DNA from: Vicugna vicugna
Lineage: Eukaryota
Assembly: GCA_013265495.1 (NCBI GenBank)
Contig: MU057951.1
Coordinates: 345,599-396,955, forward strand
Length of the DNA stretch: 51,357 nucleotides
Reading direction: 5' to 3'
In this document: positions 1 through 11,325 of the stretch, in pieces
Numbering within the stretch: the first letter of the stretch is position 1
Layout: each line of letters opens with the position of its first letter
Program-made: the position numbers and the translations under genes
The notes under the pieces: model-generated
The model's input: only the letters and a program-made list of their open reading frames with translations
What the model was told of the DNA's origin: nothing
Database searches by the model: none

Positions 1-426
1 CTGTGGGTAGGGAAGATGATAACAGTGCTTCCCTCAGAGGGGCTGGTGCGGGGGGGTGAGAAGCAGAAATGGAGGACTTACACAAGATGCTCATGAATGA
101 CTGGATTTAATGATCTCAGCCTGGTGAGGCCTCAGGAGCAGAGATGTCAGAACAGAGCAGTCCTAGCCAGAGCTCGATCCGTGTCGGCAGCTGTGATTAT
201 GATCAGTATCACCACTGTGGGTTATCAGGTAGTTTTAAGACTTCGTAATATGAATTCATGAATAATGTTAAAAGACTAGACAACTCAGATCCGGTTTACA
301 TAGTTCTCAAGATTTCCTCTGAGAAAAGGGTGTCTTTTTTCCCCAACTTAAATCTGAGTTGAGTCTGCAAAAGAATTCTGTAGTCCTCCATCTTTGTGCT
401 TTAATTCTCCATTTCTTCAAAAAATG

Positions 427-513
427 TTTTTAAATGGAGTTACTGGGGACTGAACTGAGGACCTCAAGCATACTAAACACGTGCTCTCCCAACTGAGGTA
501 TAATCTCTCCCCT
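427..513 (-). mobile_element. Short tRNA-derived SINE (camelid-type)
   Basis: T-rich tail followed by 'tactggggactgaactgaggacctc...catactaaacacgtgctctcccaactgaggtata', the reverse complement of a tRNA-like A/B-box head; similar copy near 13190. Confidence 0.7.
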
Positions 514-789
514 TTTTTTTTTAACTATTCTTTCTTAGTATTCAGTGGTTAGAGGCCTCTAATTCTTTTTCTAGAGACTTGTTCATGAACCTGGAAGTCT
601 ATAAATAATGGGCAATACGTGGCTTATTAAAAAAATCGATAGAACATTCTGCAATCCATCCAAAAGGAAAAGGTCATTGACTTAAAATGTTTCTCCTTTA
701 TGGTGATTTCTACTTTTTGGTATTACTTAATTTCTTAACAGCCATCCTCATCAACATAATGACCAAATTCGTCCTGATTGGGCACCGAC

Positions 790-955
790 CAAAGACTAAA
801 ATGCTTTCCTCATGTTTTACTTCATAGCAGGTGTTTGAGGGTAGGTATCATTGTCTCCTTTTTTGCAGCTGAGGGATTGAGAGATGGGGCAGCTTGTCCC
901 AAATCACACACAGCTGGCGGTGGCAGGCTCAGGGCTGGAACCCAGGCTGCACAGG
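790..955 (-). mobile_element. MIR SINE fragment
   Basis: 'gaggtaggtatcattgtctccttttttgcagctgaggga...cttgtcccaaatcacacagctgg...gggctggaacccagg' resembles the reverse-complement MIR core; ends approximate. Confidence 0.7.
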
Positions 956-2370
956 ATGCCTTCTCAATTGCTCCTCTAATCAGCCTCCTATTGAGTGGTT
1001 TCCCAAACCCCTGTGAGTCCATAAATGACCGATTTTAGTGATCTCAGCCTGATGAGGCCTTCAAAGGAGAGACACCAGTGAGAATGTGAGACAGAGTGGC
1101 ATAAATTAAAATTGTACATTTTCACAAATATTGTATTCTCGGCTAATGACTTTAAAAGTTAGTGTTATTTATTCTAGTGTTCTGCAAGCACTAAAAACAA
1201 AATATTAAAAATGATTAAAATGCAAAAGAAAAGTGAGCTTTGAAAGTCCAGCCACTGCTAATGACTCATTGCTTGTTTTTCTCTAGTGGTGCTTATTGAG
1301 AGAAAAATTTACAAAATATGAATTGGTTTTATGTAGTTTTAGTATGGAAGAAAAAATTGTCAGTGAATATTGAAAGTAAAATCTTGACTCTTTTCTTTCC
1401 TGATGATGAATATGTAAGTTGTTTTCCATGGCTTAAGTACATTTCCTCATTTGTGAAATTTGAGTAATGCTGTTTAACTTGTCTTGACTGTGAGAGTTAG
1501 ACGCCTTATATACAAAGCACCCAAGAGGTGCTCAATAAAAAAATGTGCTGTCACAATGACAGTTTAGAAGAATCAACTCTAAATACTAAAGAGGGTGGCT
1601 TATTTCTGATACACATTCGATATGTGTATATATAATATATATGAATATGATTTACAGTAATAAGGATTCAGTTGTTTTTTAATGCAGTATAAAGTTTTGA
1701 TGAAATCAATGTCATTCTTGTAAGATAGGGACTAGTTAAATTGCCTTAAGCAGACGACATTGAAGATTATTTACACAGAATGTTTATTTTTACAACTCAG
1801 ATTTCATATTGCCGTGTAACCATCCACTAGAACATTTAAATTTGTAGGAATATGACCAAAACCATTAATTTAGAAAAATCAACATTAAATATTTTCAGGA
1901 AATAAGCTTATCTCTGTTGTGATTGAACAAAATTTTGATTTTTTTCTGTACTCTTAATAGATTTTAAAATATCAAAACATTGATTTGACATGTCACTTTT
2001 TAAATGGAGAGAATAAAGCTCAAGATGTTTTAATACATAAATTAATCTTTTTGCATTTCAAAAGAAGTGACTGAATATAGGCATAGTACAGATCTGTTGG
2101 CATTTGACATAGTGCAAGACATGAGGACTAGGAGAGCTTTGCTGCTGATTGCCAGGAGGACAGATCCCAGGTCTCAGTCTCCTCTCCTGTAAAATGAAGA
2201 GGCTTGGCTGGATTCTTTCCTCTTTTAAGATGAGTTTCCATATGCCTATGTCTTTTGTTTATATTCAGGAGTATTATCAATTTCAGATTAAATGCTGAAT
2301 ACCGCTCTCTTCCCCGAAGCAGAATTCAGTATGTGCTAGATAAGCTTTCAGTTATCTGATTCTTCTTTCT

Positions 2371-3648
2371 TTCTTTTTTTAAATTTTATTATATATAGTC
2401 AGTTTACACTGTTGTATCAATTTCCAGTGTAGAGCACAATTTTTCAGTTATACATAAGCATGCTTATATTTGTTGTCACATTGTTCTTCACTGTGAGCTA
2501 CCACAAGATCTTGTATATGTTTTCCTGTGCTATACAGTATAATCTTGTTTATCTATTCTATATATACCTGTCAGTATCTACAAATTTAAAACTCCCCGTC
2601 GGACCCTTCTCACCCCCTTCCTCCCTGGCAATCATAAGTTTGTATTCTATGTCTATGACCCTGTTTCTGTTTTGTATTTATGTTCATTTGTCCCTTTCTT
2701 TTCTTTTTTAGATTCCACATATGAATGATCTCATATGATATTTTTCTTTCTTTTTCTGGCTTACTTCACTTAGAATGACATACTCCAGGGACATCCATGT
2801 TGCTGCAAATGGCATTATGTTGTCATTTTTATGGCTGAATAGTATTCCATTGTATAAATATACCACCTCTTCTTTATCCAGTCATCTGTCAATGGATATT
2901 TAGACTATTTCCATGTCTTAGTTATTGTAAATAGTGCTGCTATGAACGTTGGGGTGCAGGTGTCATTTTGAAGTAGGATTCCCTCTGGATATATGCCCAG
3001 GAGTGGGATTCCTGGGTCATAGGAAGTCTATTCCTAGTCTTTTCAGGAGTCTCATTACTGTTTTCCACAGTGGCTGCACCAAACTGCATTCCCACCCCAG
3101 TGTAGGAGGGTACCCTTTTCCCAACAGCCTCTCCAGCATTTGTCATTTGTGGACTTTTGAATGATGCCCATTCCGACAGGTGTGAGGTGATACCTCATTG
3201 TAGTTTTGATTTGCATTTCTCTGATAATTACTCATACTGAGCATTTTTTTCCTATGCTTATTGATCATTCATTTGTCTTCATTGGAGAATTGCTTGTTTA
3301 GGTTTTCTGCCCATTTTTGGATTGAGTTGTTTTTCTCTTACTAAGTCATATGAGCTGCTTGTATATTCTGGAGATCAAGCCTTTGTCAATTTTATCTTAT
3401 GCAAAATTTTTTTCCCATTCTGTAAGTTGTCATTTTGTTTTACTTATGGTTTCCTTTGCTGTGCAAAGCCTGTAAAATTAATTAGGTCCCATTTGTTTTT
3501 TCTTGCTTTTATTTCTATTGCTTGGGTAGACTGCCCTAGGAGAACATTTTTGAGATGTATGAGAGAAAATGTTTTGCTAATGTTTTCTTCTACGAGGTTT
3601 ATTGTATCTTCTCTTATGTTGAAGTCTTTAATCCATTTTGATTTTATT
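2371..3648 (-). mobile_element. 5'-truncated L1 (ORF2 C-terminus, 3'UTR, poly-A)
   Basis: T-tract at the left end; L1 3'UTR; ORF2 C-terminal remnant ([16 protein letters not shown]..., 2940-3146); probable TSD tgattcttctttct (2357-2370) / tgattctcgtttct (3649-3662). Confidence 0.93.
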
Positions 3649-4099
3649 TGATTCTCGTTTCTGATCCTACAGGCAATTTTTGTGTTGCATCTTTCCCGGC
3701 AACCTGGAAAGGCTATTTAGCCATAGGTGGCGGTGTTGCACCTTCTTACAGTCTTAATTTTCCTGTTTGTAAAAGAAGGCTTAAACAACGTTATTTTATT
3801 TTGATTTCCTTGCTTAATGCTTCAGGATAGCACAATGTCCATTTTGTCTGTCTACCTGGAAAAATTATTCTACTTAGATCTTACTTTTATTCTGTCATCT
3901 CACTGTGAACATTTCAGACTTGCTGTGCAAACAATGGCAAGATCGGACTTTTCTTCCAGTGTTAGAAACCAGTGAGCCAGGATTTAATTAAACAGCTAGA
4001 AGCGGCCTCTGGAGCACCTTAAAGCTGAAAAGTGTACTGAGTTCCCTAAGTATTGACCCCGCCGCTGTGTGTTAATTGGTGGGAGGTGATTTGGTACAT

Positions 4100-4305
4100 A
4101 TAGGAAGGGGTGTAGCTTTTTGACTTGGGTTTGCTTGCACGTGCTGCCACTGAGCCACGTGAACCCGAGTCAGTTCGTTCTGAGTTTTTCCCTCGTCTGT
4201 GTGATGGGGACGCTCATATCTGCTTTGTAGAATTGTGAGAATTAGAAATTATGTAAAGTGTTTACCACAGTGGGTATGTCAAGAGAGCTCATAAACTTTA
4301 GCTGC
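4100..4305 (+). mobile_element. MIR SINE fragment
   Basis: 'tctgagtttttccctcgtctgtgtgatgggga...gaattgtgagaattaga...tgtaaagtgttta' resembles the MIR core and 3' end; ends approximate. Confidence 0.6.
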
Positions 4306-5117
4306 TGTTTTGTGTGCAGCCATCATTTTATAGTCTTTGGCAATTTCTAAGAAATAGCAAAATAAGAAAGCTGGTTTTATGATGAAAGAAATTTGAAGAG
4401 GTTCCATAGTTCCTATACTCACAATTTAGCATCAGCAGAGTCAGGACCATTACACAGTCACCCTGAACCAACGTTAAGCCACAGAATTTTTTGTTAATTA
4501 GTATACGTTGGAGCTTAAGGGGACCCAAAACTTATACACATGTTTTCTCCAGCAGCCAACTGAGAGATGACACAGAAAAGCAGGTAGGCAATTAACATCT
4601 CCTTTATTACTGAGGAAGCCATGTTCTCCATGAACTTCAGGGCTCTGGGAAAATGGGTGTCATGATACTGTGTCCCAGAACTAGAGACTCACCCTGTCCC
4701 AGGTAGCTATGGGTCACAGCGAGCCTTCCCTTGAGAGGATCTGCCCCATCATGCACAGGGCTGTCCTTCCATGGAGCTGAGCATCCCTGGTGCTTCCCGA
4801 GGGTGGCCAACAAAGAAGAGAAAAGAAGATTTTCACATGCCTTGCTTGTCTCCCGGTTTCACAGCTCACTCTGTTAGTGTGAAGAGGGCTAGCTGTGGGC
4901 CAGGGGTCAGGGGTGTGAAGGGAGAAGCACTCTCCATGACCCAGAGTAGTGGGGAGGAGGTATCCCCTCCTTCAGTTTAAACAGGTGGTGGGATGGAACA
5001 GAAGGCTGCTCCCCAAGAGTTTATAAAAGGAGAAATAAGGATTTCTTTGGGAATTAGTCTAGCCGGGAAACACTGACACTGATTAGAAGGAAGACTTGTA
5101 AATCACTTTAATATTAA

Positions 5118-5176
5118 GTTAACATTTGTTGAGCACCAAAAATATGCTATATTCTTTTCTGAGCATTTTATAGAAA
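5118..5176 (-). mobile_element. MIR, left piece (split by the ERV-S provirus)
   Basis: 'aacatttgttgagcacc...ttctgagcatttta' is the reverse-complement MIR 3' end and continues after the provirus at 11597. Confidence 0.65.
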
Positions 5177-5549
5177 TGTCAGCCAAGGGAGGCTGATGTG
5201 GGGTTCTAGGAGGTGAGCGGCCCAAACGAAAAAATGCACGAGGTGTTGCCATACTGCTGGACAGACTTCAGCCAGAGACACCATGGGGTTAACAACACTT
5301 TATTGCCACAGGGAGGTGCGCCTATGATGCACCTGTCCTGCATTTTTCTGTTTTCTGTCAGCACATGTGTGGTCTGAGTTTCTTTGTTCATTAGGCTTAC
5401 AGAATATCTCTAGCACATGCGTACTTCTATTACTTTGTTCTATATATAATTGATGCATGCGTGGAGCAATTATTTACTGCATACTACAAACATGCTCTGA
5501 TCGTGGCCTTGGGTCCCACGGCCTTAACTCATCTCAACACCAGCTCACA
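5177..5549 (-). repeat. 3' LTR of the ERV-S provirus (373 bp)
   Basis: Near-identical to 11218-11596 (about 9 substitutions and 2 indels by eye); AATAAA on minus strand; adjoins the PPT. Confidence 0.97.
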
Positions 5550-5560
5550 TTCCACCCCCT
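5550..5560 (-). promoter_or_regulatory. Polypurine tract of the ERV-S provirus
   Basis: Minus strand AGGGGGTGGAA immediately before the 3' LTR, overlapping the env stop. Confidence 0.9.
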
Positions 5561-6712
5561 AGTTCGTGGGAACCCTAGCCCACTGAGTGGAGCATTGTGC
5601 CCAAAGTCCACAACAACAATACAGAGTACAGCATCCTACCAATACACAGACAGCAACAATAGCCAGGACTGTTAGGCACCATCTCCAGGAGGACGTCAAG
5701 GATGGCCACCAATTCTTAAGGGGGTCTTGAGTTACGTGATCTATGTGATCCAATTCCTGATCTATTTCATGCAGTGCCTTAGCTACTTCCTTCTGGTGAT
5801 CTGGTATACATATACAACATTCAATATGTAACATAGCACATGTGCCACCCTGGTTTGCAGTGAGAATATCTAATGCCATTCTATTCTGTAAGACTACCTT
5901 TCACATCTGGGTAGTCTCGTCTAACAATTCCTCTATAGATTTTCTAGTAACATTCAGTACAGCTGATATGTGCTGAGCTAAAGCTTCTACCTGCAATTCA
6001 ACACTGATGGTCCCAGCACTAGGCAGGAACAGGGCCATAGGATTAAACCACCAAGCTGCACGCTTCCCCCGGTGCCACCGGGTGTGCAGTGGGTCCCAAT
6101 TTGTGGGGCGTTCTGTTAAAGCGGGCCGGATATGTCTGGCAAGTAAGCTCTACACCAAGTACGGCGCCCTGTCCATTTAGCTGGGAGATAAGACCATCCG
6201 TGGGTGCCACATATCCACAGATACTCTGGTGGCAGAAAATCAGTGGATTTTGTGCCAATTAGAGGTCGTCCATTCCAGCAGGTGGAGGCATTTACATTAT
6301 AAGTAATTCTGGCACACAGCTCTTCTGGGAGCCACCCCGCTGTGCGGTTTGGAACCTCGTGTTCAAACCGCTGCTCAATACAGAGGGGGCTTAAATTCCT
6401 CACTTTCACATGAACACTATTCATACATCCCCACCCATTCCATACAGTTCTTCCAATTGTGAGGGGGCATTGCCCCGCTCACGTTGGAGTAGCTCTTCAA
6501 TAGTCTGCTGCCGCAAGCCCCAGGGCGATCTCGCTGTCCTGTTGGCATTCCATCGAATCAAGGTGCTCCAATTAGCTCTGGACGCAGGGTGGAGGTGCCA
6601 CGGCAGTCCATCTCCTGCGTCTACAGGAAGTTCAGTACAGACCCAACAGTGAGAGACGTTGTGGACTCGCGCGAATGTGTGTGCCCAGGAGAACATGGTA
6701 TCTGCTGTTACC
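5559..6712 (-). pseudogene. env: ERV-S env (gamma-type SU/TM), disrupted by about 2 frameshifts and 1 stop
   Basis: CWVC motif; furin site RGKR (6060-6071) followed by AAWWFNPMALFLPSAG; ISD LQNRMALDILTANQGGTC; CX6CC (CAMLHIECC); TM helix and Cys-rich short tail; TGA at 5901-5903. Confidence 0.93.
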
Positions 6713-9700
6713 CTGGACGGAAGGACAGAACAGAGGTGTATACTATGATTGGCAAATCTCTCCCTTCTGGGAGGATGCAAGCCACTTTCTCATCCTGTGA
6801 GAGTACGGTGGCAGGAAGTGCTGTTCGCCCTGGGCGGTAGTACCACACCAACCCGCCCGCACTAGGTTGGTTACACTCTGGGAGAGCTTCAGGAGCTATC
6901 AGTGGAATTGCCCAAAGCCTTAGGGCTTCTGCTCCTTTAAGTAGGGATGCTCCTGTTTTCCCTAGAGTAACCTGCACATCAAAAGGCCATTCCCCCACTC
7001 GTGGGGTTACCTGCAGGGCTTTCTCTAGCCCATCGCCCCATGGTTCCAAAAGGGCTAGCCAGGGGCCTTCAGTCTGGACCTGATTCTTCCATGTCCAGGT
7101 GTCCTGTTTTCCTGAGTTCAACACCCTGGGGGCGTGTAATATTAAAGCATGTCCCACTATTTAGACATCGGAGGCATCCTGCATAGACCCAACTCTGAGC
7201 CTCCGAATAGTCCCTTGCAATAACTTTTCCAGTGGGCTCATACCTGTACGGCGAAGTTGTTCATTCAAAACACGTACCGCCTGCGGCAAGACACTGTTCC
7301 AGTCTCGCCCTTGTGGTTTGAGAGCCCTCAGTTTGTCCTTTAATAGGCCATTGTACCATTCAATCATTCCTGCTGCTTGAGGACGGTAAGACACATTCAA
7401 TATCCAGTTAATATCATTTTCCTTGGCCCATTCCTGGATCTGTTGGGCAGTGAAAGGGGTCCCTCTATCACTTTGTATTTCTAAGGGAGTCCCATAGAAG
7501 GCCCGTAAAACTTCCAGTGCTCTAATAGTAGAGTCTTGTGTAGCTCGGGGCACATGCTGAGCAAAACCTAGACCAGTAGCGGTGTCTACCGCTGTCAGCA
7601 GGTACCGCAAGCCCGTACTCAGAGCAAAGGGGCCTAAGTAATCTATTTGCCATACCTGCAATGGCTGAATTCCCCGTACAATCTTCCCCATCTGTTGTGG
7701 CCATCGCCGCCAGTGCCGGTGGTGCTTAGCACACCATTGACACTGCCGCACGGCATCTTTGGCTTCACTGTGGCTCAGGTGCAGGCCCCACCGTTCAGCT
7801 ACCTGCCTCATTGTGTATGAGCCAACATGACCAAGTTTCTTATGGAGCCAGGGACCTATATCGGGTCCTGGGACCATAGCCTGTACAGGGCGGAGTTGGG
7901 CTAGCACGTCAGCAGCATCATTGCCCGGTGCCTGGGCAGGGCAGTGCCCTGGTACGTGGTAAACAGTACACTGGCCTTCTTGGCCTTTGTCCCATAACTG
8001 TTTCCACATCTGTTGTCCCCACAGGGGCCGGTGCCAAATCACCCAGTCTTGCAGGGCCCTTTGGGGTATCCACAATGTAAGGCCTTGATATATGGCCCAA
8101 CTATCAGTACAAATCTGCAAGGGGCTAGGTTCATTCATCAACACCCCCATACTGCCCGTAACTCAGCCAATTGGCTGGATTAGCCTTCTCCGGTCTCATA
8201 CCAGAAGGCTTCAGTGGCAGGGTGCAATGCTAATGCAACCCAAGTGGGCGGACTGCCCTTAAAAGATCCATCAGTATACCAAGCAGTTCCCGAGGGTGGC
8301 CCTTTCCCTTCACAAAAGGGACTGGGCACAGGGTCCACCCCTTGTTGTGGGAGCGTCTGTACATCAGGCACAACAAATTTCATAGGCCCTAACACCTGCT
8401 GCAACTCTGCAGCCAAGGGGCTAGCAGTGTACTGGGCTCTCTGTTCCAAATAAGCACCCCACTTCTTCAGAGTTGGGGTTTGGGCAGTTCCCGATCGGGG
8501 TTGCTTTGCCCATGTCTGTACCCATCCTGCAATAGGGTATGCGGTCTGTACTTGGACCTCTTGCCTCCCCGTCAGGGGTTCAGTAGCAATCAAGGATGCA
8601 TAAGTTGCTAGCAACTGTTTCTCAATCAGAGAATAACGACATTCAGCCCCTTTCCACAACTGAGACCAGAATCCTATGGGCAGTTTCCGCTGCCCATGTT
8701 TCTGCCATAAGCCCCAGCCATATCCATCATTGTCCACATGGACTGTCAACCAGAAAGGGAGGTCTGGATCTATAGTGCGCAGTGCTTGCGCTTGGGCCAC
8801 TACCCTCTTAGTTTCAACAAATGCATATTTGGTCTCATCAGACCAATTCCAGACTTCTCCCTTTTTAATCAGCTTATACAGGGGTTTGGCTATTTGGGCC
8901 AAATGAGGAATAAACACCCGCCAGTATCCCAGAAGACCTAAATAAGTCTGTAACTGTTTAACTGTTTCAGGGCGGGAATATGCCCGGATTTTGTCTATTA
9001 TTGCTTCAGGCAGCACTTTTGTCTTACCCGACCAGACAACACTCAAGAATTTGAAAGAATATTCACGTCCTTGCACTTTGTCCTCGTTCACGGCCCACCC
9101 CCAGCCCGCCAGGGCTTCTCGCAGTGCTGTGGCACTGGTTTCCAAATCTGAAAGAGAATCAGAGGTTAGCATTATGTCATCTATATAATGGAACAAGCGA
9201 ACGGTATCCGGTTTGCTCTGTGTAGCCAGGTCCTGGGCCACCAGGCCATGACACAGTGTAGGGCTGTGCAGATATCCCTGCGGCAAGACAACAAATGTCC
9301 ATTGTCTGCCTTCCCAGGTGAAGGCAAACTGTTCTTGGCTCTCAGGGGCTATGTCTATCGAGAAGAATGCATTAGCCAAGTCAACCACATAGTGACAAGT
9401 ACCCAGTTCATGGGACAGTCGGTCCATCAAATCTGTTATATTCGGCACAGCTGCATGTATGGGGGGAGTGACTTTATTCAGTTCCCGATAGTCCACTGTC
9501 ATCCTCCAGGAGCCGTCTGGCTTCCGCACCAGCCATACTGGAGAGTTATATGGGCTATGCGTAGCCCGAATTATACCGGCTTCCTCAAGCTTCAGAATAG
9601 TCTGTCCTATTTCCTCATGGCCTCCAGGCAATCAATATTGCCGGACATTCACCACTCGTGTGGCCTGTGGCAAAATCAAAGGTGCATGATGAGGATGCCC

Positions 9701-10084
9701 CCGTATAACTGTTTTCACCACACGGACTCTCAGGCGAAATTCCCCTTGAGTCGTCCGTATTTGCAATCCTTGCAAAATGTCTATCCCCAGAATGTATTCA
9801 GCTAATGGGGATATAAGCACTTCATATGCAGCAGGGAGCAGATGGCTAATGCCCAAAATCAGAGTCACTCATTTAACAAACATTTGCTTGTTTCCATATC
9901 CTTCTATATCAACCCATGGTCCCTGAAAACGCTCCGGATTTCCATGCACCAATGTAATTTCAGCTCCTGTGTCTACTAGTGCCAGCACTCGCTGTTTATT
10001 CATGGGGGACCAGTGAATAGTCAGCTCAACATGTGGCCTCCAGTCATCGGGGTGCCCCACGTCCCAAACACCTTGGCCTTCCTC
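6708..10084 (-). pseudogene. pol: ERV-S pro-pol (protease, RT, RNase H, integrase, C-terminal extension)
   Basis: LVDTGA protease; LPQG and YIDD RT; WYTDGS RNase H; HHCC and WQIDYLGP/QSDRG/MIEWYNG integrase; in-frame stops at 9869, 9632, 8180, 7161 and a frameshift near 8150. Confidence 0.96.
6712..6737 (-). promoter_or_regulatory. Predicted env splice acceptor of the ERV-S provirus
   Basis: Minus strand cctctgttctgtccttccgtccAG|G: pyrimidine tract plus CAG at the very end of pol; exon starts at 6712. Confidence 0.75.
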
Positions 10085-11150
10085 CTAGTCTGGGAGGAAA
10101 TCAGCAAAGGCCACCTCTTGGGCCTGATGGGAGGTTGGCAATGGAGTATATTGCTGCTCAGGCCGTAATTTCTTCCATAAGGCCATCAGCACATCCAATA
10201 GCTGGCCATCTAATTTTGCACGGTCCAGGCCGGCTGCCAGTAAATCACACGATATTTGCCGGCGATCTAGCTTTTGTGGCCCTCCTAAAATTGGAGCATT
10301 CCCCTTTTTCCTCCTTGGTGTGGACTTCCCTTTCTCCGTCACTGCACGGGAGGAGGGGGTCTTGGACTCACCTTGAGTCTTGGCAGCACGTACCCTCTTT
10401 CGGCGCACCTCTATGTCCCCCAGACGAGCCAGAGCCTCAGTTACTTCATGAATGGGGCGGTCTACATACGGTGCTAGTAGCGCCGCCATAGTCCCAAACG
10501 TTCACGTTGGGCCATTACCCAAAATCAAATCTTTCATTCGAGCTATAAGGAGCTTATCATCTGGACTACGGAAATACAAAGAAAATATCATGTGGCGCAT
10601 GCCCATTTCCCGGAAAACTTGCGCTAAGCCCAAATACGTGGTCCATTTACTCATATGTCACTCGCCATGGTCCCGCAGGAGTTCCCCCCTGAGCCATGGG
10701 CTCCTCCATTTCCATCTGCTGCCTCACCACTGGCCGTAGATGCAGTGGAATGGGGGGAGGGGTCGGGCTTACCGCTCCCAGGGGCGGTGGGACCGGAGCT
10801 ACACAGGCATAGATGCTCTCAGAGGTGGGGGAGCTAGGACCACACAGACATCTTTCTGCTGTGCTGGGTCTCTGCTTAAGCTCCTCTTATTTGCACTGCA
10901 ACTCCTCCACTTGCATCCGTAAATCTCTCATGTCTTGGCTAGCGTGCCGTAAAACAGATAAGATCATCCAGGCCACCCTCTCGGCTGCCTCTCAGTGGGC
11001 TAATGGGACATTATTTTCTAACAGCTCCAACGCCCTCCGGACGTCATCTGGCCGGGGCGCCACTGTGTCCCAATCCTCAGGTTGAGCCCACGTCAGCAAA
11101 GAGGCTGCCACAGGGTACCATACAGAGGTAGGGGGCCACTTTGCTTCCAT
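10085..11150 (-). pseudogene. gag: ERV-S gag, disrupted
   Basis: ATG at 11150 gives MEAKWPPTSVWYPVAASLLTW (HERV-S-like WYPVAA); C-terminal ORF 10085-10489 ends in a TAG in frame with pro. Confidence 0.85.
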
Positions 11151-11188
11151 CAGAGCATCCTCGTCAGGGGCAGGGGTTCAGAAGGGGC

Positions 11189-11197
11189 ACTCACCTC
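11189..11197 (-). promoter_or_regulatory. Predicted major splice donor of the ERV-S provirus (GAG|GTGAGT)
   Basis: Consensus donor immediately 3' of the PBS; exon ends at 11195. Confidence 0.8.
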
Positions 11198-11325
11198 ATC
11201 CTGCCGACTACGCCAAGTGTCAGCCGAGGGAGGCTGATGTGGGGTTCTAGGAAGTGAGCGGCCCAAACGAAAAAATGCACAAGGAGTTGCCATACTGCTG
11301 GACAGACTTCAGCCAGAGACACCAT
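11195..11325 (-). CDS. Putative LTR/PBS-encoded Env leader exon (43 codons plus 2 nt), MVSLAEVCPAVWQLLVHFFVWAAHFLEPHISLPRLTLGVVGRM
   Basis: Hand translation; open from ccccATGG in the LTR to the splice donor; phase matches the env acceptor; hydrophobic core. Confidence 0.6.
11198..11215 (-). promoter_or_regulatory. Primer binding site, tRNA-Ser
   Basis: TGGCGTAGTCGGCAGGAT is complementary to the tRNA-Ser 3' end (...ATCCTGCCGACTACGCCA), 2 nt from the 5' LTR. Confidence 0.95.

Noticed and set aside
6421..6780. ORF-track N-terminus MHPPRRERFANHS as the Env start
   Set aside because: Start codon is TTG, overlaps pol and gives no good signal peptide; the spliced leader fits better.
9188..9805. 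205-aa plus-strand ORF antisense to ERV-S pol (also 43138-43560 antisense to gamma pol)
   Set aside because: Likely shadows of the coding strand; no recognisable motifs.
11198..11215. Exact tRNA-Ser 3' end on the plus strand (and tRNA-Thr at 47322-47339)
   Set aside because: Only 18 nt beside an LTR; these are primer binding sites, not tRNA genes.
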